DNA from: Octopus vulgaris
Taxonomy: Eukaryota
Assembly (NCBI GenBank): GCA_951406725.2
Contig: OX597830.1
Coordinates: forward strand, 30,814,001-30,878,000
DNA: 64,000 nucleotides
Reading direction: 5' to 3'
How positions within the stretch are numbered: the stretch's first letter is position 1; every line of letters begins with the position of its first letter. Of the stretch, positions 1 through 12,299 are shown in pieces. The notes below the pieces were generated by a model that saw only the letters and a program-made list of their open reading frames with translations, had not been told where the DNA came from and did no database searches. The translations under genes and the position numbers were made by a program.

Positions 1-32
<32 letters not shown>

Positions 33-291
33 AAGAAAGAGAGACAGACAGTGGGAGTGAGATGGTTATGATGATGGTGATGATAATGGTTTGCATTTCG
101 ATCACTCGTTCTCTAACCATATATATTTGTGTGCGTATATGCGGGCGGGCGCGCGCGTGTTTGCATGTAACTGCAAATGTGTATGTGTGTGCGCGCGTGC
201 GCGCGCGTGTAGGTCACGATGCTCTCGGTGAGAGTATATACAATACTACTGCCATCTGTTACAGCACCACGCCCAATCTTTAACACCTACA

Positions 292-313
292 TACACTATA
301 TATATACATGTAT

Positions 314-359
<46 letters not shown>

Positions 360-433
360 TATATATAAATGTACATATATACATGTATATATATATATAT
401 ATACACACACATATATACACATATAAATATATT

Positions 434-468
<35 letters not shown>

Positions 469-505
469 GCATACATATACACATATATATATATATGTAT
501 ATATA
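292..505. repeat. (TA)n/(CA)n compound microsatellite
   Basis: Direct reading; accounts for the YI/IY-repeat ORFs at 246-602. Confidence 0.95.
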
Positions 506-978
506 CTGCACAGTCAGACACTCGCACACACAACTTCACGTCCACATCCACCTTCAAGCTGACGAACCAAGCTGTTGCCAACCTTGATGTCTTTTTCTTC
601 ACAGCTTAGCGAAGAACTTTATACGCGGATATTGTTTTCGATACGGTCTGCAAAGCTAATCAGATGTGCGTGTGTTCATTTGTGGTGAGGGTGCCGTGTG
701 CTCTTGTTTGATGTCCTGTGTATAATATGCATGTGTGAAGCGTATCGGCGAACGCTGGTAAGCTTTGCCGGGTGATTGACCTAGTATATGCATGTGTATA
801 GCATGTATGTGTATGTTTGTGTTTGTGTGTGTGTATTGGTGTTTGTGTGTGTGTGTGTATGTGTGTGTATTTGGACGTGCGTATGAATGGATGTTTAGAT
901 AGTTATATCTTAAACATGTTTGTTGAAGAGTTGTTTATTATTCAACCCCAGGTCATAGCTATGATCCGCCAGCATTTA

Positions 979-991
979 TAGATAGATAGAT

Positions 992-1028
<37 letters not shown>

Positions 1029-1055
1029 TACAGACAGACAGACAGACAGACAGAC

Positions 1056-1114
<59 letters not shown>

Positions 1115-1128
1115 CAAACAACCAAACT

Positions 1129-1214
<86 letters not shown>

Positions 1215-1236
1215 CAGACAGATAGACAGACAGACA
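979..1236. repeat. (GATA)n/(GACA)n tetranucleotide microsatellite
   Basis: Direct reading. Confidence 0.95.
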
Positions 1237-1292
1237 GTTTTTGGTCTAAAATAAACTAAGCTCATTTGTAAATCTTAGTTTCAACAAATAAA

Positions 1293-2140
1293 TCTGGTTT
1301 CAATTTTGGTTTAAATCTAGCCAGTAGAAAATAATGACAGGTGATTACAATTCTCTTTGGCGAATATATTCAAAGGAGTTTATGAAAAGAATATTTAATG
1401 TGAAATATAACTAGCTTATTCAACTTCGAGGAATCTCTCTTTAATAACTCTGGCTTCAAATCTGGTTTAAATCTGGTCAGCAAATAATAGTAACTGCGAA
1501 CTACAATTCTCTTCGACAAATATATGTTTCTTTATTGTCCACAAAGGGCTAAACACAGAGGGAACAAACAAGGACAGACAAACGAATTAAGTCGCTTACA
1601 TCGACCCCAGTGCGTAACTCGTACTTAATTTATCGACCTCGAAAGAATGAAAGGCAAAGTCGACCTCGGCGGAATTTGAACTCAGAACGTAACGGCAAAC
1701 GAAATACGTATTTCTTTATTACCCACAAGGGGCTAAACTCAGAGGGGACAAACAAGGACAGACATAGGTATTAAGTCGATTACATCGACCCCAGTGCGTA
1801 ACCGGTACTTAATTTATCGACCCCGAAAGGATGAAAGGCAAAGTCGACCTCGAAATACGGCTACGCATTTCGCCCGGCGTGCTAATGGTTTTGCCAGTTC
1901 GCCGCCTTTTCTTCGACAAATATATTCAAAGGAGTAATCGAAGACAATTTTATTTCCTTAAAATTAACTAGGTTGATCAACTATGCAGACACTCGCTTTA
2001 AATTCAAGCTTCGAAAACTATACCTTGATTCAAAATCTGCTCTAAAATCTTGTTTTAAGTTTTAATGTTTTAAACCTAGCCAGCAAATAACAGAAGCAAG
2101 AAATCACTATTGTCTTCCACAAATATATTCACGAAACCTA
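1293..2140. repeat. Degenerate ~155-160 bp tandem repeat (about 3 units) interrupted by a SINE
   Basis: The motif tttaaa(t/c)ct(a/g)g(c/t)cag...(c/t)aca(a/t)t...ctt...aatatattca recurs at ~1310-1380, ~1465-1525 (continuing at 1926) and ~2070-2135. Confidence 0.6.
1526..1909 (-). mobile_element. SINE family A (tRNA-like head GGCGGCGAGCTGGC; central domain TTGCCTTTCATCCTTTCGGGGTCGATAAA), partially dimeric, with 16-bp TSD
   Basis: Reverse complement matches the other family A copies. TCTTCGACAAATATAT is duplicated at 1510-1525 and 1910-1925. The central domain resembles the MetaSINE/Sauria-type conserved domain (recalled from memory, not searched). Confidence 0.85.
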
Positions 2141-2571
2141 TGATGAGATACTGTCTTTTTTTCTAGTTTTTTTTTTTTTTTTTTTTTTGCTAATGAAACC
2201 AGCGGGAAAGCTATTATACAACAGTGACATCACTAGCCGCCTACCAACTTTAATTTCTTTTTTTTTCTCTTTTCTTTTTAAATTTTTTTTTTTATATTGG
2301 CTATTTCTACTGTTGAAAATAACTTACGATAACAAGGATAATTCACTTCTGTTACAAAATGTTCTAGTCTCGATCTCATGGGATTTTTCTCCGGACCACT
2401 CAGAAATATAAAGACCAGATGCAAAATTCATGGTGTTAACCTAATTACAAACAAAAAGGGTGCAAAAAATAATTGAGTGAGGACAAATTATGGAAAAGAA
2501 AATGGACAGTGTTTTAGACGAGAATTACTATTAATGAATGATAGAGAGAGAGAATCCCGTGAAGGAAGGAC

Positions 2572-2604
2572 TGTGTGTATGTGTGTGCATGTGTGTGTGT
2601 GTGT

Positions 2605-2635
<31 letters not shown>

Positions 2636-3086
2636 CGCGTGTGTGTTTTAATTGACAATTTCTAACGTAAGACAGAGACAAAGAAATCGTATAAAAGGCT
2701 ATGTGCATTTGTAATTGGGCGTAAGCGGGTATATACGCGTGTGTATATATACACAGAAATGCACCACACGTTTCTATGTGTGTGTGTGTGTGTGTGTGTG
2801 TTTGTGTGTGAGTGTGAGCGCGTGTGTGTGTATATTTATATATGTGTGTGTGTATGTGTGTGTGCATACGTTGTGTGTGTGTGTATGTATATGAACACAT
2901 ACAGACACTCTCACACGCGCGCATAAATGCATACACATATATGAATCTGTATATACGTATACATATATATATACATATGCATATATACATGTATTTATGC
3001 GTTTGTGTGTGTATATGAAAGAAAGAATATCTGTATGTGTACGTATGTTTATTATATATTAGCATTGATGACAATATCGAATACAC

Positions 3087-3142
<56 letters not shown>

Positions 3143-3149
3143 CTATCTA

Positions 3150-3202
<53 letters not shown>

Positions 3203-3424
3203 TTTTCTCTTTCTCTCATTAAGTATATAACGGTTACACATGCATACGTTCATATATGTGTATGTTGTATATGTATGCATATGTGTGGTGCGTGTATTTG
3301 CGTGTATGTGTGTGTGCGCGCGCTTATGTGTGTGTGTGTGTGTGCGTGTGTTTGTGTGTGTGTATATGTATGTGTATGTACGTGTGTGTGTATGTACGTG
3401 TGTGTGTGTGTGTGTGTGTGTGTG
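2572..3424. repeat. Compound (GT)n/(CT)n/(TA)n microsatellite block
   Basis: Direct reading. Confidence 0.9.
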
Positions 3425-3539
3425 AGCAGATTTAGTGAGCCTGAGGGCTAAAACCCTTAGCACAAGATTCATAGTGATGATGGCCCTGTGGTTGTTAGTT
3501 CTGGTTGAAGTGGCGGTTACCGTAGCTGTGGCAGTCAGT

Positions 3540-3840
3540 GGTTGTGGTGGTGGTGGTGGTGGTGGTGGCGGCGGTGGTGGCGGCGGCGGCGGTGGCGGCA
3601 ATAGTGTTGATGATGGTTGAATTAGTGTTTGTGATAAAAGTGTGGGCGATGGTGATGGTGATGGTGATGGTGATGGTGATGGTGGTGTGATCGTAATATT
3701 TACTGTACTGGTGTTAATTGTTGTGCTCATCATAGTGGTGGTGGTGGTGGTAGTGGTTGGCGAGGATGTGTAAGTGGTGGCGATGATAGTGTCGGTAATG
3801 GTTGAGCGTAGTGAAGGAGAGAGAAGCGGCGGAGACGGCA

Positions 3841-3873
<33 letters not shown>

Positions 3874-4230
3874 GAGGCCACCGCCGCCGCCGCGGTGACG
3901 ACGGAAGTGGTATTAGTGTGGTGGCGGTGATGGTTGTGCCGGTGGTAGTTGTGGTTGGTTACAGTCGTTGTGGTCGGTTACAGTGGTTGTGTTGGTAGCA
4001 GCTGCGACCTTCGTGGTGATCGTGTTGTTGGGGGGGGGGGTAGGACTGCGGTTATCGTGTTGATTGTATTGGTGATCGTGGTGGTGGTGGTGGTAGTGGG
4101 GGGGGGAGGGGGGTGGTTGGGGGATAGTGTTTTGGTGGTGGTTGGGGGATAGTGTTTTGGTGGTGGTGGTGGTGGTGGTTGTGGGGGGGGTAGTGTTTTG
4201 GTGGTGGTGGTGGTGGTGGTGAGGGGGGGA
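3540..4230. repeat. G-rich triplet low-complexity region (GGT/GGC/GAT/GTT)
   Basis: Direct reading; produces poly-G/P/V/H ORFs on both strands. Confidence 0.85.
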
Positions 4231-4371
4231 TTTAATAGTGCCAGTGGAGGCCCTCGTGGTGAACCTGGTGAGGATGGTAGTGAAAGATCTCACAGAAATC
4301 CTATTGGAAGAGTGGGTTTCCGTGTAGGAGGTAGTGCTGGCGGTGGTGTTGGTTGTCATGCTTTTGTCGAC

Positions 4372-5150
4372 ATTATTTAAGCCCAGAATAAGGCGGTGAG
4401 CTGGCAGAATCGTTAGCACGCAGGACGAAATGCTTAGCAGTATTTCGCCCGTCGCAACCTTCTGAGTTCAAATGGCGTCGAGGTCAACTTTGCCCTTCAA
4501 CTTTTCGGGATCGATAAAATAAGTACCAGTTGAACACTGGAGTCGATGTAATCGACTCATCCTCACCTTCCCCCAAACTGCACTTGTGGCAAAAATTTGA
4601 AATAATTATTTAAGCCCAGAATAAGGCGGTGAGCTGGTAGAATCGTTAGCGCGCTGGACGAAATGCTTAGCAGTCTTTTGCCCGTCGCTCTACGCTCTGA
4701 GTTCGAATTCTGCTGAGGTCGACTTTTTGTTTCATCCTTTCGGCGTCGATAAATTAAGTATCAATGAAACACTGGGGTCGATGTAATCGACTCGTCCCGT
4801 CCCCAACAAATTCCAAGCCTTGTGCCTATAGTAGAATGGATAATTTAAACCCAGAATAAAGCGGCGAGCTGGCAGAATCGTTAGCACACCGAGCAAAATG
4901 CTTAGCGGTATTTCGCCCGTCTCTATGTTCTGAGTTCAAATTCCGCCGAGGTCGATTTTGCCTTTCGATCTTTCGGGGTTGATAAAATAAGTACCAGTCG
5001 AATACTGAGGTCGATGTAATTAACTTAATCCTTCCCTTGAAATTGCTGAGTTTGTGCTAAAATTTAAACCCATCTAAAAACATTATTTAACCCCATAATA
5101 GGCGGCGTGCTGGCAGAATTTTTAATACGCCGGGTAAAAATGCTTAGCGG
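4372..5150 (+). mobile_element. Head-to-tail array of four SINE family A copies (last one 3'-truncated)
   Basis: Units begin at ~4372, 4605, 4840 and 5082, each as ATTATTTAAgCCCAgAATAA followed by GGCGGyGAGCTGG... Confidence 0.85.
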
Positions 5151-6578
5151 CATTGGTTCTGGTTGAATTGATTCAGCCCCATTTAATTTAAAATCAGCCC
5201 CATTTAATTATGTTCAGATTGTTTTCAATTTTGGTGTATCGATGCGGTTCTGAATTTTGATTTCGATCAACTAATTACTTTATCTCGTAAATTAAAGAAT
5301 CTGATGTTATTTGGAATTTAAGTTGGAAAATTTGGGTAATTTTAGCCTATCAACAGACAGCGAGGCATTAACAGCTTGTTACCATGACAACCGCATGTTA
5401 TGTTGTGTTTCACTTCACCCGCATGTTATGTTGATTCTTCACACCATGAAATTTACTTCTCCCGCGTATTTTGTTTTAATAAAAAATTATATCTATCAAT
5501 TAGAATTTTATTGTAGATATTTTTCGTCAATTGTCTTAATATTTTTACATATTTTTCATATATTTTTCATATATATATTTTACATATATTTCGTGAAATT
5601 TTTCTGTGTTTACATTCGTTGCAACGAATGCCCTTCAGTTTAAACCCAGGTCATGCCACAATGAACAATTCTATAGTTTTATTGAAGATGTAGGACAAAA
5701 TTATTTAATGTGTCCTTCATTTTAAAAATGTTAGAGCATAGTGTGAGAGAGATTTGGCTGTTATTTCTAGCAAATTGAACAAACATATAGAGATTACCTG
5801 ATTGGCTCATTTGCTGATGTGTATAAGTAAATAAAAACTAAGAGAAATGGATCTTAATCTGTTTCTATGATGATCATTCCAGCTGTATGATCAACTGAAC
5901 TAGTTACACATTCAACTGTTACTTATGTTATCAACCCCACAAAGGATAAAAGGCAAAGCCAACCTAGGTGGAACTTGAACTCAGAATGTAGAGCATTTTG
6001 TCCAGTGTGCTAATGATTGTGTGAGCTTGTCTTATTAATATAACAATTTTTTAAAAACATAATAAAAACATAGAAAACACTATATAAATCAATGAAGAGA
6101 CAAAAGAAACGGTAAGAAGATACATGCTGACTTTATTAGGTACCAGGTCATTTCACAGACGCTAAACTATAAATTTCACAGGGTACAACCTTAAAGTTGA
6201 CACCGCTACAACGCAGACAATTTCTATCTCATTATTGGCCATAATTACACTGTTTTTTTTCTGTAACTTTTTCTTCAACTTTTTTCTCTCCATAAGATCA
6301 TGGGTCCACAACAATAAGTGTGGAAAACTACATCAATATAATCGATTTTCAGATTTTTTTACATCCTTTTTAAAAAAATGCAGATTCTGTGAATCAATTT
6401 AACTAGTACCGTGGCCTTTCGCTCGTCTTTACGTTCTGAGTTCAAATTCCATCGAGGTCAACTTTGTCTTTCGTTTTTTGGGGGATCGATATATGTGTGT
6501 CTATATATCTACGTTACGTATATGGGTTTACTGATGCAAACAGGGAAATAATATTCAAAGCATAAGGCGTGGTTGTGT

Positions 6579-6633
<55 letters not shown>

Positions 6634-6918
6634 AGAGAGAGAGAGGCGTAGGAGTGGCTGTGTGGTAAGTAGCTTGCTTACCAACCACATAGTCCCGGCT
6701 TTTAAGCTACTATATGTGTGTGTGTGTGTGTGTGTGTTTTATGAATTTTGCTTCAGCATAGTTAAGACTCAATATATTTATGCTTTAATGTAAAGAGTTA
6801 AGCGAGTACAAAGTTTAATATCGATTAATTAATGGCAAAAAGAGCCCCCCTGTGTTTATGAAGACAAAAGAAAAAGACTCCAATATCGTTGGAAATAGAG
6901 GCCTATATCTAATGAATT

Positions 6919-7057
6919 ATACAGTTGTGGAGACTCAGATGCAGAATCTTGATGGTGCTTCCAGCACCAGACTTACAACAGCTGAAGAAGTGCTGCAATC
7001 ATCGTATATTTTTTCACAGAAACTTCAAGTCGTGTGTAAGAGTCTCCAAAACTGTAT
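6919..7057 (+). ncRNA. Structured RNA candidate containing a type I hammerhead-like core
   Basis: CTGAAGA 6982-6988; stem II GTG/CAC; GAAA 7019-7022; stem III CTT-C-AAG; GTC site ending 7031. Outer 18-bp stem 6919-6936/7040-7057 (one mismatch) and side hairpin TGGTGCT-TCC-AGCACCA. Confidence 0.5.
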
Positions 7058-7104
7058 CATTCAATATATCACTATATCAATATGTATGTATGTCTCTTTA
7101 AGTT

Positions 7105-8630
7105 TTTAATTATTATAAATCTTCCACTGAGGAGGGAGCCGGTTTCCAACAAAGATACAAGTCTCCATCTTTGGGATGTAGTTATAGATAAATCACATTT
7201 GAAACTTGAAAAAAGTCTTGCATAGTTTTACTGTTTCACTCACAGATTGAACTTGTAATGTACGAATTAGTCAATCAATTTCTCTTTCTGAAAATCCCAG
7301 TTTATCCAGATTCTCTTTTTAGCATTTACTAACAAAATCTAGTGCTCCAATTATTAATGGTATGAATATTAATTTCGTAGGCTGGATATAGATGCTGGAA
7401 GTTTCGAAGCAGTTGCTCATAGATATCCTCTTTTTCTTCGATTTTCAAAGAGAAATTTATATCTGCAGCGAAGTTAACCTCTATGATGGTACGCACCTTT
7501 GCCCCTCTGTTCCAAACAACAATATCCAGCCTGTTATGTTTACATTTGACAGAAGTTTTGATGGGAATATTCTACCAGTATTCCTTGTGGTGATGTTTAT
7601 GAATGTATTCTATACCAGAGGGATTTTCTAAGTTTATTTCAAGACAATCTTTTTTGCGGATGGCATTGTAAATTGTTTTAGCAACAACCTCATGCCGCAT
7701 AGGGAGGTAGTACCGTGACGACATTTTAGAACTGTTGCTAATCACACGCGTAATGCCTTCCTCAGCAACATAACACAGCCTACACATGCACTTGCACCTT
7801 GGGATTACAAGAGCGTCACTCTCTTTCTTGTTCACCGGGTACTTTGTGGCAATCTCCTGTTCCTGGATTGCAAACGCATAACCTTCAAAGTGTGATGTGA
7901 TGTAGTAGTCTTGTGTCCAAGAGAGGCTGCACTTCGTGTCAATTCTACGCATAGCCTTCAAAGTGTGATGTGATGTAGTGGTCTTGTGTCCAAGAGAGGC
8001 TGCACTTCGTGTCAACTCTACTGTCTCCTTCAAACTTCCGGGCAACATACCCATGCCTGGTATTTTTTTTTTTTGTATGCTAAGTGCTTTCCATCCAGGT
8101 CTTCTCTGAGCTAATAGGGACCAGGTGTTTTGGGTTTGTATAGGAGATCAACAAGAAGAGAATACTTCTTGAGGAGTTCGCTGTCAACTCGTACAATGTT
8201 GCTCACTTCACTTTTCAGCACCGCATTTATATATCTATTTTTGCTGTTGTTGTTTAGCAGGTGGTGCCTGGGTGACACCATACGGCATTCGAAGGCCGTC
8301 TGCACTGATCTCAGGCCCCTACCACTTTCATTTCTTCTTAGATACAGCTTGCCAACATCACTGTTTCTGTGGAAGTTCCCAGTTGTCAGAATTTTGCGGG
8401 TTTTGATATCTATGGAGTGGATTTCTTTCACAGACCAATCAAGTATCTCAAAAGTTGGGATCAGCACTGGTACTGCAAATGCATTGTGGGATATTGTTTT
8501 GTTGTAAAAGGAAAGTTCCTTCTGCCATATTTTCATAAGTCTGGTGTAATATTCTCGGGCCACTCTATATTTATTCACAGTACCTTCATATGATCCATTT
8601 TCTCTATGCCTAGGTACTTGTAACATTCTT
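7105..8630 (-). mobile_element. R4/Dong-like non-LTR retrotransposon, 3' part (RT thumb, CCHC knuckle, restriction-like endonuclease), decayed
   Basis: ORFs 8111-8707 and 7572-8054 contain IDIKTRKILT...FHRNSDV.KLYLRRNESGRGL, EGYAFAIQEQEIATKY, CRLC and MRHEVVAK. Downstream KHNRLDIVVW..IIEV is a PD-(D/E)xK remnant. Frameshifts and stops are present. Confidence 0.85.
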
Positions 8631-8864
8631 TGTGTGGAATGGGGGAGATAGAGAGACTTCTTTGCTGGAAATTGGACTGCTATTTTTTGCAAACCGAGCG
8701 AGAACATAGAGGCTTGTTATGTATGTTATTTTTGGTGATGGTCATGTTGTGAGTGTATGTCGTTGTTGCTAACAGCGGGTGGTGGGGTACTAAGTTTGGT
8801 AGTGGTCCTAAGTGTGGTGGTAGTAATGACGATGGTTGGCCGGTCAGTCGGTTATTTTATTGTT

Positions 8865-9012
8865 GCTTGCTTGCTTCGTTGGTTGGTCGGTCAGTCAGGT
8901 GGTTCATTGGTTGTTCGGCTTTCCGGCTAGCAGGTTCGTTTGTTGGCTGGTTGATTGGTTGGTTGGTTGGCTGGCTGGTTGGGTGGTTGGCTGGCTGGCT
9001 GGTTGGTTGGTT
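8865..9012. repeat. (TTGG)/(CTGG)n degenerate tetranucleotide repeat
   Basis: Direct reading. Confidence 0.85.
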
Positions 9013-10099
9013 GGATTTGTTAGTTATCTGTTGAGACTAGAATCATGAACTGGACGAGTCACACGCTTCAGTCTGTTGCTTTAAATGGATCTTAATTCGT
9101 GTATTTCTCAATTATCTTGTCAAGAATTTGGGATGAAGGAAAGAGACAGACATAGAGGGATAGGCGGACAGAGGAAAACACTATACATATATACATGAAT
9201 ACATACATACATACATGCATACATACACATTATATATAAATATATATATATATGTATGTATATACACACACGTATATAAAAATGTGTGTGTATATATATA
9301 TATTTATATGTATGTGTATGTATATATATATATACGTATATATAAGTCTGCGTGCGTGTGTATGTATAACATGCATAAATATATTTGAATGCTTCTCGTG
9401 TGCGTGTGTATATGTGTATATATATATATAGAGAGAGAGAGGGGGAGAGAGATACAGAGAGACAGACAGACAGAAAGAGAACGAGAGAGAGAGGGGGGAT
9501 GAAGAGAGAGGAGTTAAAAGAGGAGAGTGGGACAAAGACGGGAGTAGGAATTGTGGGTGTGTGAGAGAGTGGAAGATGGCAGTGATAGGTGAGATGATAT
9601 TATTGTCGAGTGAAAGACTGAAACTCAGTAAGAGAGTAAAGGATAATTGTGATCAGAGAGAGAGACGGGGAGAAAGAGAGGGAGAGAAGAGAAAGAAAGA
9701 AAGGAAGAAGAAAAGAAAGAAAGCCTGTGAGGTTGTGTGTGTATAAGAGAAGGCGAGCGGGCGCGCGTGTATGTGAAGAGAGAGAGAAGAAAGAGAACTG
9801 TTTAACTAAGCTGCGATGATGTACCGCAATACAAGGGATAAAGAAAAAACAAGAATGAGACGAATACATCTAAGTATTTCTGAATGTGAAACAAATATAC
9901 TGTTTATATGTTTGTATGAGAGCTGTATATATCGACCGTTCTGATGAAAATCCCGTAGAATGGCGACCGGTGAAATTTATAAATGCACTTGCCCATAAGA
10001 AAATTGCCAACATCATGACATATCGAATTATAGTGAAACGTCTAACAGTTTCAGTTGATAGAAACGTAGTACATCTTTAACGTCGAGACTTATGAAATA

Positions 10100-10590
10100 T
10101 GTACTCTGTCCCTGGGTAAGAGGTAGGTGCCTCATCTATGACTCTACAGTCTGTGACTCTTTTGCTTCCTCCCGTATCCTGGATGCTGCGGTAAATGAGA
10201 GGGTCACCGCTTCCCTAGCCGAACGGAACAAAACCCTGAAGAATCGGGACCTGGCAGTGAGTCATTTGCTCCAGCCTGTGGAATTTGAGATGTTTGGAGG
10301 GGCTGGGCCACTAACGGCGAAGTTCTTCTCATCATTGACAACTCGCCTTACTGTGGTGCCAGGTGATACCCATGAAGGTGCTTAGCTTTTTCCAACGCCT
10401 TAGCCTAGCCATCCATCGTCCGTGGTAATGCTGCGAGCGCGTGCTGGTAGTAGGTTCCATTGAACCTTGGGTATGCGACCAACTGAAGCACTTGGTGTTG
10501 CATTGATGATTTTTCTCCCTTTTTTCTTTTTCTTTTGTAATATTTATTCCTTTTCATATTTTCAATGAAATGTACTGCATAAATAAAAGA
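10100..10590 (+). mobile_element. CRE-clade non-LTR retrotransposon 3' fragment (RLE domain plus 3' UTR)
   Basis: Translation PWVRGRCLIYDSTVCDSFA...AERNKTLK...PVEFEMFG...GDTHEGA*LFQRLSLAI.RGNAASV matches the typical CRE C-terminus (PW.RG..L.WD.T; QRLSLAIQRGNA). A T-rich UTR and AATAAA follow. Confidence 0.8.
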
Positions 10591-10795
10591 TGCTATCTTA
10601 TATGGTAATAAATTTTAAAAAAAGGGATAATCGCTTATTAAACTGAAGTGATTCCTATACTATTCTACTGGATTTTTTTATCCTACTGTATTTTTTAATT
10701 AAATATTATTAGGAATGATCTATCACAGTGGAAATGGAATGATGCCAGCCGGGCCTGTCCTGAGTTTCAATGTACGACGCGTTTCTTGCAGTTTC

Positions 10796-11160
10796 CTATT
10801 TCTTTACAGCCCACAAAGGGCTGCACACAGAGGGGACAAACAAGGACAAACAAACGAATTAAGTCGATTATATCGACCCCAGTGTGTAACTGGTACTTAT
10901 TTAGGAAGAAAGGCAATTTGAACTCAGAACGTAGCGGCAGACGAAATACCAGCTAGGCATTTTGCCCGCCGTGCTAATGTTTCTGCCAGCTCGCCGCCTT
11001 GAATTTATTTCTTGCAGTTTCCGTCCACCAAATGCGCTCACAAGGCTTTGGTCGGCCCGGGTGTATTGTAGAAGACAGGAGACACTTGCCCAAGGTGCCA
11101 CACAATGGGAGTGAGCCCGGAGCCAAGTATTGGGAAGCAATTTTCTTACCGCACAGCCAC
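10796..11160 (-). mobile_element. Adjacent SINE family A (10796-10998) and family B 5' part (11010-11160)
   Basis: Similarity to other copies in the window. Confidence 0.8.
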
Positions 11161-11529
11161 CTTAATCATCAAGAAAAACCAAATAAATTATCGGACACAC
11201 TTAGGAATATTACAAAAAAAGTTTTTTATATTTTGTGTCTTGTAGAAATATAACCATTTTATTGAACATGATTTTTAACAAAATAATCTTATAACGACAC
11301 CCCAACCAAGGGTCATATGGTCCCTAATTGAAAACCACTGCTCGAGACTGTTGTAAAGGGATAAACGAACTCAATTCTCTACAGAGCAACTAATAATATT
11401 TAATGATGGCTATGGTTTTGCAAACTATCGCAGCAGTCACTTACACAACACGTCCTCTGATGTCGATAGTAAGCTTAAAACATAGCGAGGGACGTCAGCA
11501 GACGTGACCAAAGATCAATCTCTTATCTT

Positions 11530-12113
11530 TTGTCTTTCTCTTGTTTCAGTCGTTGGGCTACGGCCATGCCGGGGCACCACTTTTGCCCAATCACTACATG
11601 ACAGGGATATTAAGAAACCAACGCCCATTGTCAAGCGGTGGTGGAGAACAAGCATAAACTCGAGGATACATGCACAAGACCAGAAATTTCGAGGCTGGAG
11701 GTAAGTCGATTGCATCGACCCCAGTGTTTAACTGGTACTTATTTTATCGACAACAATGTTCAACTGCTGCTTACTTAATCGACCCCGAAAGGATGAAAGG
11801 CAAAGTCGACCTCGGCGAAATTTGAGCTCAGAATACAAAGATAGTTGAAATGCCGCTAAGCATTTTGCTCGGCGTGCTAACGATTCTGCCAGCCAAATAG
11901 ACATAATATTGGATTCAAATTGTGGCACAAGGCCAGCATGTTTTGGGGGCGGTGCTAAATCGGTTATGTCGACCCCAGTGGTATACATTTTTATCGAATT
12001 CGAAAAAAATGAATGGCAAAATCGACCTCGGCGAAATTTGAACTCAGAACGTAGAGACGTACGACATGCTGCTAAGCATATTTTTGCCCGGCGCGCTAAC
12101 GATTCTGCCAGCA
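11530..12113 (-). mobile_element. Cluster of partial SINE B and SINE A copies
   Basis: Repeated aaggatgaaaggcaaagtcgacctcggcg / gctaacgattctgccagc motifs. Confidence 0.8.
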
Positions 12114-12299
12114 CGCTGTTTTATCTCCAGTTGATACTAAATAGTAAGTGAGGATGTATACAGCTGATTGTCTTTGTTGCAGAGATTAGGCATCTTTGGA
12201 GTATGTTCTGAACTCTAACGATATGCAAGCTACCAAATGTAGAATATACTTTGAGACATAAATATCTTAAGTATCCTTTCCGATTCACTAAAAGAACGA

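Noticed and set aside
3143-4419. Pro/Thr/His-rich ORFs resembling extensin or mucin
   Set aside because: Triplet low-complexity DNA open in several frames on both strands; no support for a gene.
4372-5150. CRISPR-like repeat/spacer array
   Set aside because: The intervening ~215-bp units are homologous SINE copies, the context is eukaryotic and there are no cas genes.
9941-9985. CTGATGA...GAAA hammerhead candidate
   Set aside because: No convincing stem I or stem III.
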